Shown: one piece after another, positions 54,472 to 62,103 of the stretch
How the letters are laid out: the number at the start of each line of letters is the position of its first letter
Position numbering within the stretch: position 1 is the first letter of the stretch
DNA from: an uncultured Woeseiaceae bacterium
Lineage (GTDB): Bacteria > Pseudomonadota > Gammaproteobacteria > Steroidobacterales > Woeseiaceae
Direction: 5' to 3'
NCBI GenBank assembly: GCA_905480215.1
Contig: CAJQPL010000002.1
Location: 31,308 to 95,307, forward strand
DNA length: 64,000 bases
Made by a program: the position numbers and the translations under genes
The notes under the pieces: generated by a model
Told to the model about the DNA's origin: nothing
Seen by the model: the letters and a program-made list of their open reading frames with translations, nothing else
Databases searched by the model: none

Positions 54472-55675
54472 AATAGATTAGCAATGAGGCCGCCAGCCCG
54501 ACACCACAAATTGCCGCCGTGGTGAGAAAGAAGTATTGATGCCCTTCAGCACCCGGATAGTTGTCGCGCAGATACCCGCCGAGTAATGGCATGAATATAT
54601 CTGGCGTAAACCCGATCGTTGAAACAACGCCTGTAGCCGTACCGGTTACCGCTAGTGGTATGCCGCCCTCTTCCAGCAACGCGAAATAAATGCCGCGCAT
54701 TGCGAAAGTTGCAAGCAAGATGACGACGCCTACGACTACCATGACGGGAATCAGCTCAGTACGACCTGGAAGCATTGCGAAAACTCCGAATCCCGCAATC
54801 AGCGTCAGAAACAGAAGCGAAACTGATCTGGAAATACCCAATCGATCCGAGACGAATCCGGCCACAAGCGCCGCCGCCGGTTTAAAAAAGTTCTTTGCAG
54901 CCCCGATGGTAGCGCCAATGGTCACACTAAAACCGAGGACCTCGCTTGCATAAGGAGTAAAGCTAAACGTACCCCAATAGGCGCAGTAGCCGGTAAAGAT
55001 TACGACGGAAATCAACCACACCGCGGGCAATCGCAAAACACTTAAGATTTGGCGCAGACCAACACTGCGTTTTTCTGCCTCGTTGCCATCTCGATCAACG
55101 GAGTCTTCCAGGCTAAACCATGCGATCACGCCGAGAAGAATCGTCAGGCTGGCGCACTGCACAAGTACCATCGACAAAGCAGAGTCACCGCTACCCAGAT
55201 AATCGAATAGCTTTACCAAGGCGAGCATGGTCAACACCTCGCCGATACCACGACCCGACTCAAGTATGCCGAAGGCTCTTCCCTGCTGCTCCGCCGGCGC
55301 CCAGTTTCGGGTCACGCGTATCATCGCCCCCCAGAACAACAGTGTAATTGTTACGCCCCACAGGGCGTGAATCACGAGACTGATTTTGTAGCTTGGGAAA
55401 GTCGAGAAATACAAACCGGCGGCCCCGGTCGTAATCAAGGAAAGCGAAATTAGTTTTCGCGGCGAAACGCGATCTGCCAACCAGCCTCCCGGAAAATAGC
55501 AAATCATCGCAGACACGCCAAAGGCGCTCATCAGCGAACCAACCTGGGTGTAACTGAGTTGCAATGCGGTGGCTAACGGTATGGTGTATATCTCCTGCAG
55601 AAACGGCATTAAGAATATGATGCCGCCCGACAGGCTGAGAACAGACATGATCACCCAGCGCCGAACGATCGACAT
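54449..55675 (-). CDS. MFS transporter (paralogue of 1222..2496)
   Basis: 408 aa, 12 helices. Shared motifs 'YFPGGWLADRVSPR', 'LLFWGAMIRVTRNW', 'GRAFGILESGRG'. Start shares 1 nt with the ureohydrolase stop (TGATG). Confidence 0.8.
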   Translation of the reverse strand: MSIVRRWVIMSVLSLSGGIIFLMPFLQEIYTIPLATALQLSYTQVGSLMSAFGVSAMICYFPGGWLADRVSPRKLISLSLITTGAAGLYFSTFPSYKISLVIHALWGVTITLLFWGAMIRVTRNWAPAEQQGRAFGILESGRGIGEVLTMLALVKLFDYLGSGDSALSMVLVQCASLTILLGVIAWFSLEDSVDRDGNEAEKRSVGLRQILSVLRLPAVWLISVVIFTGYCAYWGTFSFTPYASEVLGFSVTIGATIGAAKNFFKPAAALVAGFVSDRLGISRSVSLLFLTLIAGFGVFAMLPGRTELIPVMVVVGVVILLATFAMRGIYFALLEEGGIPLAVTGTATGVVSTIGFTPDIFMPLLGGYLRDNYPGAEGHQYFFLTTAAICGVGLAASLLIYFRLAKTR

Positions 55676-56646
55676 CAGCTGTCGCCCCTGAGCACCTGCG
55701 CTCGCACACAGGCACCGATGAAATTGCAGATGAGCCGTTCTGCATGAATCAAGGTCGTATTGCCAACGTCATGAGCCGGGGCAATCTCCACGAGATCCAT
55801 ACCTAATAGCGATCCTTTCTTCGCCAGTCCGTGGATGAGTTTTCGAGTCTGCATCCAATCGAGGCCGCCGGGGGTTTGTGCCAGAACAGCGGGCATGATG
55901 GTCGGATCGATTCCGTCTGCATCGATGGTCAGGTAGTACGGGCCGCCATTGGGTATCCGATCCAGAACCGCATCCATGCCAATATCATGCATCTCGTAGG
56001 CATCAATTATCTCGGCACCGTAGTCACGAGCATCTTCAACCTCGCCTGCCCGGGCACTGCCGATACCTCGCATGCCGATTTGCACAATCTTATCTATCCA
56101 GGGCATCTCGGATGCCCGTCGTATCGGGCTTGAATAGCCGTTCGTTTCGCCGTTTACTTCATGGCGCCAATCAAGATGCGCATCTACATGCACTAACGTT
56201 ATCGGTTTATCGAAAACCTCCAACGCTCGTAGCACAGGTATTGGTATACCGTGGTCACCACCGAGTGCAATCAAAGTAGCGCCAGCCGAAAAAATCTTTC
56301 GGGCCGCTAGTTCAGCACGTCGATAATGTTCTTTGTGATCGTCTGGGGACGTAGTGACATTACCGCAATCGACAACCGTTACATCTCGACCGTCCAATAA
56401 GTAACCACCCAAATCAAAGTCATAATGATTGCGGGTGTATGCAACATCTTCGTCGTTAGGAAAATTTCGAATAGCGTCTGGTGCGTTGCTCTGATCGTTG
56501 GGAAATCCGGCTATGTCATAAGGCATGCCATAGGGAATACCCATGATCGCAAAATCAACATCAAGATCATCCAGATTGGACGCCAGCGGAAAATCGAGAA
56601 ACGTTCTTGACCCCTTTCCGGGCGGCTCAATTAGCCTTGCACTCAT
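55675..56646 (-). CDS. Ureohydrolase (agmatinase / guanidino-acid hydrolase family)
   Basis: Mn-binding motifs 'GGDHGI', 'VHVDAHLD', 'LTIDADGIDP'. ATG at 56646 (MSARLIEPP) preferred; the extension to 56775 would overlap the divergent SSS gene. Confidence 0.85.
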   Translation of the reverse strand: MSARLIEPPGKGSRTFLDFPLASNLDDLDVDFAIMGIPYGMPYDIAGFPNDQSNAPDAIRNFPNDEDVAYTRNHYDFDLGGYLLDGRDVTVVDCGNVTTSPDDHKEHYRRAELAARKIFSAGATLIALGGDHGIPIPVLRALEVFDKPITLVHVDAHLDWRHEVNGETNGYSSPIRRASEMPWIDKIVQIGMRGIGSARAGEVEDARDYGAEIIDAYEMHDIGMDAVLDRIPNGGPYYLTIDADGIDPTIMPAVLAQTPGGLDWMQTRKLIHGLAKKGSLLGMDLVEIAPAHDVGNTTLIHAERLICNFIGACVRAQVLRGDS

Positions 56647-56755
56647 CCCTGCACCTGTTTGCGATTGCTGCGTGCAACATAGCAAGACCATCGACGCATT
56701 GCGATTCTCGCCGAGAACACTATGGCTATCAGCTTCTGGCATACTAAGCGCGCCT

Positions 56756-58156
56756 ATGCTCAGCGCACTCGACACCAGTATTATTTTTGCCTACCTGGCC
56801 ACCCTGATTGTCATCGGTCTTTATGCCAGTCGCAAACAAACTAGCGTTAAGGATTTTTTCGTTGCCGGCGGTACCCTCGGTACCTTCTCCATTGCCTGCT
56901 TGTGGATGGCGTCGTGGGTGGGTGGCGCAGCGATTGTCGGTGGCGTGGCGAAAATTTATGAGTTTGGTGTTTCTGGCGGCTGGTACACAGTGTGCATGGC
57001 GATCGGCTGTCTACTCTTTGGGCTGTTTTTTGCGGCGCGCGTCAAGCGCTGGGGTGAGGAAAGACAGCTTCTTACCTACCCGGACCTTATCGAGTCACAC
57101 TACGACAGCCGCACAAGAATCGTTGCGACAATTACTACCGCGTTGGCATTCACCGGATTTGCTGCCGGGCAACTTGCGGCGGCGGGTGCCATTCTAAGCA
57201 CCTTATTAGGTTGGGACTATTCGCTATCGCTGCTACTAGCCAGCGGCATTATCATTGTCTATACGGCGACCGGTGGCTTTCTCGCCGTTACCTATACTGA
57301 CTGGGTGCAGCTTATATTGCTGTTCGTTGGCGTCGTTTTCATCGGCATTCCCGTCGCCATTTCGAACGGCGGTACCTGGGAAGCAATGACGGTGGGGCTG
57401 CCTGCCGGTCACTTTAGCCCTACAGGTTGGGGTCTGCCGACGATGTTGGCACTGGGTGTTTCGATTCCCCTGAGTTTCTTCGTGGGAATGGATAGCTATA
57501 CGAGAATGTTCGCTGCGAAAAATGAACGGATCGCACGGCGCGGTACGTTGTGGGCCGCCTTGTTTCTCATCCCATTGGTCATTGGAGCCGTTTGGCTGGG
57601 AATGACCGCGGCACTGCTGTATCCAAACGTGGAAAATAGCGACAAAATCTTGTCGCAACTTGTCCTGGACACTTTTCCAGTTGGCCTAAAAGGCCTGATG
57701 CTTGTCGCTATTCTTTCCGCGCTAATGTCTACCGCAGATATTTGTATATTGACTGCAGCAGCCAATGGCAGTTGCGACATTTATCAGCGCTACATCAATC
57801 CGAATGTTTCTCCCAAGAGGCTAGTATCTATAAGTATAGGCCTCGCCGTTGTAATTGGGGCGTTCGCAACGCTCGTGGCGTGGCAAATGCAGGACATCAT
57901 TAGCATTTTACTATTAGCATTCACCATCAATTCCGCCGCACTGTTCATTCCAACGCTTGCCATGCTTGCCCTGAAGTCTGCAAACAAGGCGGCGGCATTT
58001 TGGAGTATCTCTTTATCCCTGGCGACAGTTGTCGCCTGGTACGCTGCATCGACGCTTGAGTTAGCGCCAATTTTTTCGCTGGATCCCCTATGGCCGGGCC
58101 TCACAGTATCGATTGCTGTGTTTTCCATTCTTAGTCTCACGGCCCGCAGCAAATGA
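56756..58156 (+). CDS. Sodium:solute symporter (SSS) family transporter
   Basis: From ATG 56756: 'MLSALDTSIIFAYLATLIVIGLYASRK..VKDFFVAGG', about 13 helices. The ORF-track start at 56543 lies inside the divergent gene. Confidence 0.85.
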   Translation: MLSALDTSIIFAYLATLIVIGLYASRKQTSVKDFFVAGGTLGTFSIACLWMASWVGGAAIVGGVAKIYEFGVSGGWYTVCMAIGCLLFGLFFAARVKRWGEERQLLTYPDLIESHYDSRTRIVATITTALAFTGFAAGQLAAAGAILSTLLGWDYSLSLLLASGIIIVYTATGGFLAVTYTDWVQLILLFVGVVFIGIPVAISNGGTWEAMTVGLPAGHFSPTGWGLPTMLALGVSIPLSFFVGMDSYTRMFAAKNERIARRGTLWAALFLIPLVIGAVWLGMTAALLYPNVENSDKILSQLVLDTFPVGLKGLMLVAILSALMSTADICILTAAANGSCDIYQRYINPNVSPKRLVSISIGLAVVIGAFATLVAWQMQDIISILLLAFTINSAALFIPTLAMLALKSANKAAAFWSISLSLATVVAWYAASTLELAPIFSLDPLWPGLTVSIAVFSILSLTARSK

Positions 58157-59136
58157 CACGAGTTGTCGTCGCAGAAGTTTCCACGAGTCCGCTTCGAACT
58201 CTGGACCTCGAACGCGAAATAATCGGGCCCGATGTCGATCTCGAATATTATGCGCACCACGGTTCAGATGAGGATCTCATTAACGCCTGTCGGGATGCTG
58301 ACGTTATTTTGACTGACTACGCGCCGCTATCGCGATTGGTGCTTGAACAACTCAAGCGTTGTCGCCTGATCAGCGTAGCGGCTACTGGGTATAACAGTAT
58401 CGATATTGAAGCGGCTCGTGATGCGAATATTAGTGTCTGTGCGATCGACGAATACTGCACCGACGAAGTCGCAGACCACACGATGCTCTTGATCCTCGCA
58501 ACTTGTCGTCGCCTCACCGAATATCACGAGCAGGTTCAGAATCAGCATCAATGGCAATTCGATTCACTAACCGGCCTGCGCCGGCTACGCGATATGACGC
58601 TTGGCCTCATCGGATTTGGCCGCATCGGACAAGCTGTAGCCCATCGAGCTCAGGGTTTCGGCATGAGCATCATCGCCCACGATCCGTTTGCTGACAAAAC
58701 GGCAGCGGCGGAGCTGAAAGTTAGTTTGTGTGATCTACAGGAACTCTACGCGAAGTCTGACATCATTAGCCTGCATTGCGGCCTGAATAGGGATAACAAG
58801 AACTTTCTGCACAGTAAGGCCTTTGAGCAAATGTGTAACAAACCCATTTTGATCAACTGCGCGCGTGGTGGCTTGATTGATGAAGCGGCTTTAGAGAAAG
58901 CCCTTGATGACGGTCAAATTTCGGCGGCTGGCCTGGATGTTCTGGATAGTGAGTCTCCACAACTTGGGTCTTCGACATTATTAGGAAGGCACAATGTTTT
59001 GCTGACGCCGCACGTGGCCTTTTACTCTGACGCATCGATGCTCGAGAATCGTAGAATCTCGGCCAGTAACATTCGTAAATTCCTGCACGGTGACCATGAA
59101 ACGGTTCGAAAGTATATTCACCGGGCGAACAACTAG
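58153..59136 (+). CDS. D-isomer-specific 2-hydroxyacid dehydrogenase family (CtBP/PGDH-like)
   Basis: 'GLIGFGRIGQAVAHRA' NAD fold, 'NCARGGLIDEAAL', 'LTPHVAF'. ATGA overlap with the SSS gene. Confidence 0.85.
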   Translation: MTRVVVAEVSTSPLRTLDLEREIIGPDVDLEYYAHHGSDEDLINACRDADVILTDYAPLSRLVLEQLKRCRLISVAATGYNSIDIEAARDANISVCAIDEYCTDEVADHTMLLILATCRRLTEYHEQVQNQHQWQFDSLTGLRRLRDMTLGLIGFGRIGQAVAHRAQGFGMSIIAHDPFADKTAAAELKVSLCDLQELYAKSDIISLHCGLNRDNKNFLHSKAFEQMCNKPILINCARGGLIDEAALEKALDDGQISAAGLDVLDSESPQLGSSTLLGRHNVLLTPHVAFYSDASMLENRRISASNIRKFLHGDHETVRKYIHRANN

Positions 59137-59148
59137 GAGACCGACACC

Positions 59149-60321
59149 TTGAGTGGAGTAGTTACGTTTGACGGTGCGCCACCTCCCGGCACGATCAATC
59201 TTGCAATCGGTCAGCCGTCGGCCGATATGTTGCCTGTCGATTTAATACGCAATGCCAGCGAATCATTTTTTAATGAAGCACAAGCATTGGAGTTTAACTA
59301 CGGTGTCACCGAGGGTGACTCGCGGTTTCTTGACTCGCTGGCTAGGTTTCTTAGCAAACATTACGCTGCGCCTGCCTCAGCCGAGCAGCTGTTCACCACC
59401 GCAGGCAATTCGCAGGCACTCGATATGGCGGCAGTCGTTTATGCGAAACCAGGTGACACGGTATTCGTCGAGGAACCGAGCTACTTTCTTGCTTTCCAGA
59501 TTCTTCGTGATCACGGGCTCAACATAGTCGGGATTCCAGTTGACGACGACGGACTATGTGTTGACGCATTGCAACAGCAGCTGGGGCAGCATTCGCCCGC
59601 CTTCTTATACACGATACCGAGCTATCACAATCCCGGTGGTCAATGCACAACTGCGGAACGACGACAGCAAATCCTTGGGCTAGCAGAACAACACGATTTT
59701 CTGGTTGTCGCCGATGAGGTCTATCAGCTGCTCTACTACTTCGACCCACCACCGCCCGCCTACGGCACCATGACAGCAAGTAATCGAGTTGTCTCGATGG
59801 GCTCTTTCTCTAAAATTCTTGCTCCGGGAATGCGGCTCGGCTGGATACAGACCTCTGCCGAACTACGCAACAGGCTTATGGCCAGTGGCTTTGTGAATAG
59901 TGGCGGCAGTATTAATCATTTCAGCTCGCATATTGTTCGTCACGCGATTGATCAGGGCCTGCTCGAATCACATTTGGGCCATCTACGAATAGCTTACCGA
60001 TCAAGAGTTGCGGCAATGGACGCGGCGCTTAAGAAGCATTTTACTGGACTAGCGCAGTGGCAGCGCCCGGGCGGCGGCTATTTCTTCTGGCTTAAGTTTC
60101 ACGACTCGGTTGATACCGGCAAACTTCGCGGTAAAGCCGCCGAACTTGAAACAGGCTTTCAGTACGGCGCAGTTTTTTCAAGTAAGGGAAATTTCAGCAA
60201 TTGTCTTCGACTCAGTTTTGCACACTACAACGAGGACGACATTCAGGAAGGCATTGCACGCATGCGGCCATTATTTGATGATGCGCGCCCGATAGCGACG
60301 ACCCTTGATGGGTCTGTCTGA
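59149..60321 (+). CDS. PLP-dependent aminotransferase, class I/II fold
   Basis: 'PSYHNPGG', 'VVADEVYQLLY', 'MGSFSKILAPGMRLGW' (PLP-Lys). TTG start 8 nt after the SD AGGAGA. Confidence 0.8.
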   Translation: MSGVVTFDGAPPPGTINLAIGQPSADMLPVDLIRNASESFFNEAQALEFNYGVTEGDSRFLDSLARFLSKHYAAPASAEQLFTTAGNSQALDMAAVVYAKPGDTVFVEEPSYFLAFQILRDHGLNIVGIPVDDDGLCVDALQQQLGQHSPAFLYTIPSYHNPGGQCTTAERRQQILGLAEQHDFLVVADEVYQLLYYFDPPPPAYGTMTASNRVVSMGSFSKILAPGMRLGWIQTSAELRNRLMASGFVNSGGSINHFSSHIVRHAIDQGLLESHLGHLRIAYRSRVAAMDAALKKHFTGLAQWQRPGGGYFFWLKFHDSVDTGKLRGKAAELETGFQYGAVFSSKGNFSNCLRLSFAHYNEDDIQEGIARMRPLFDDARPIATTLDGSV

Positions 60322-61650
60322 GAGTTGTCGCGATGCTTTTGAAGCATGCCGATTTTCTACCGCGACGTACGCGTAAGAATCAAACAGGTCGATAGAGCCC
60401 ACCGCAGTCCCGGGGATCCCGCCCTCCGCTGTCAGGGCACCAAGCAAATCACCAGGTCGCAGTTTGTTTTTCTTGCCACCACTGATTTGGATCGTCGTCA
60501 TCGATGCCTGAAGTGTGTCGCGCGGCGCGTCCGGTATATTTCGCTGCTCAATGACCGCATCTGGCATGGTCTCGCCGATCTGTTCAAGTCTCCACTGCTC
60601 GCGTTCTTCGACCAGGCTTACTGCGACACCTTGTTTGCCGGCGCGTGCCGTGCGGCCGATTCTATGCACGTATACCTCCGCCTGTGGCGGCAGCTCAAAA
60701 TTGAACACGGCGTCAATATCATTCACATCCAGTCCACGCGCAGCGACATCGGTCGCAACCAGTACACTTGCACTTCGATTTGAAAATCGCGCCAGCGCTT
60801 GTGTGCGTTTGATCTGATCAAGGTCACCGTGCAATGCGATCGCTCCAACATTGTTCTTCTGCAGATAGCTTGTGACCTCGGCGCAATCGAGCTTGGTATT
60901 GCAAAATACCAAATTTAGCTCCCCACCCCACGCACGCAGCGCGCGCAGCAGATCACTGTTGCGATTCTCACGGGTAACCGAACACCATGTCTGCACGATC
61001 TGTGGTGGCAACTCATCATCCGTAACGTCAACCGTTTTTGGATTGCGCTGCACCTTTGCACTCATGTCGGCCACTTCATCTGGATAGGTAGCGCTAAACA
61101 TCAGCGTTTGCCTGTTCGCCGGCATGAATCTCAGAATGGCGTTTAATTCGTCGATAAACCCCATATCCAACATGCGATCAGCTTCATCGAGAACCAATGT
61201 CTGTAATCCTTGCAGCTGAATATTTCCATCACGTAGATGTTTATGTACTCGGCCAGGCGTCCCAACAATTATGTGCGGACTGCGCTGCAAGGAGTTCTTC
61301 TGTGTGCGTACCGGAGCCCCACCGAAAAGAATCGATATCTTGATATTGGGAATCGCGCGCGCGAGTCTGCGAATTTCTTTCGCTACTTGATCAGCTAACT
61401 CACGAGTCGGGCACAGAATTAGCGCCTGTGTTTCAAAAGAAGCCACATCCAGCTTGTTCAATAGACCCAGGCCAAATGCTGCTGTCTTACCACTGCCCGT
61501 CTTCGCCCGAGCAACAACATCCACGCCGTCGATGATCAACGGCAAGCTCTGCGCCTGCACCAGCGTCATTTCGAGATAGCCGAGATCGACCAGATTGCCG
61601 AGCAAAGCTGGGTTCAGGTCAAGCGAGCTGAAGTCTGTTGGAGAGCTCAC
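60271..61650 (-). CDS. dbpA: ATP-dependent RNA helicase DbpA
   Basis: Collinear with E. coli DbpA: 'AKTGSGKTAAFGLGLL', 'LCPTRELADQV', 'DEADRMLDMGF', 'SAT', 'HRIGRTARAG', C-terminal RNA-binding domain 'GGKKNKLRPGDLLGALT', ending 'IKGRRYRARIIK'. The GTG at 61650 gives the canonical 459 aa. The extension to 61752 is not family-like. Confidence 0.93.
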   Translation of the reverse strand: MSSPTDFSSLDLNPALLGNLVDLGYLEMTLVQAQSLPLIIDGVDVVARAKTGSGKTAAFGLGLLNKLDVASFETQALILCPTRELADQVAKEIRRLARAIPNIKISILFGGAPVRTQKNSLQRSPHIIVGTPGRVHKHLRDGNIQLQGLQTLVLDEADRMLDMGFIDELNAILRFMPANRQTLMFSATYPDEVADMSAKVQRNPKTVDVTDDELPPQIVQTWCSVTRENRNSDLLRALRAWGGELNLVFCNTKLDCAEVTSYLQKNNVGAIALHGDLDQIKRTQALARFSNRSASVLVATDVAARGLDVNDIDAVFNFELPPQAEVYVHRIGRTARAGKQGVAVSLVEEREQWRLEQIGETMPDAVIEQRNIPDAPRDTLQASMTTIQISGGKKNKLRPGDLLGALTAEGGIPGTAVGSIDLFDSYAYVAVENRHASKASRQLSDRPIKGRRYRARIIK

Positions 61651-62103
61651 CGTGGCCAGCGTGCCTTCTCGCAATAGTGCGAAATAGCGAATACATAAAG
61701 TGTAGGAGTGGATGCGCTCACCCGCGGGAGTATACGCGCATAGTCGCTCCATCGACTGTCAGCCCAGCAGCGAGGACGCGGCGGATGAGCTGCAACTCAA
61801 CGCTATCGATATAAACGGCAACGCGTTGTAACTCGCCGGGCTAGAGCGTGAATGGCGTCGGCCTCGCAGGATCCAGGTTCTGCGCTCCAGCCGATACCTA
61901 TACGGTTTTTCTAAGCTGCATACGGCCACCACCAACGATGGTGATAATTTGACATAATTATATTTTTTAGCATTACATATATTTGCATTGGCAAAATTTA
62001 ATTCAATTGAAGCTCTGTTGCTGCAACGTGAAAATTGCTGCCTAATGCGGCTTATAAGCGCTCATCAAAGAACTGTCGATAATTCGTTGCCGGGGAGATA
62101 ACT

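Noticed and set aside
61651-61752. N-terminal extensions offered by the ORF track: dbpA to 61752, racemase to 6258, SDR to 13427, ureohydrolase to 56775, SSS to 56543, PotF-like to 35837, MBL to 11540.
   Set aside because: The extensions have no family-like sequence, would overlap neighbouring genes, and internal starts give canonical protein lengths and N-termini (e.g. DbpA at 459 aa).
61712-61831. 39-codon ORF (MRSPAGVYAHSRSIDCQPSSEDAADELQLNAIDINGNAL) in the dbpA/DMGDH intergenic region, preceded by AGGAG.
   Set aside because: The SD-to-ATG spacing is only 3 nt, no family resemblance is visible, and it cannot be separated from chance without conservation data.
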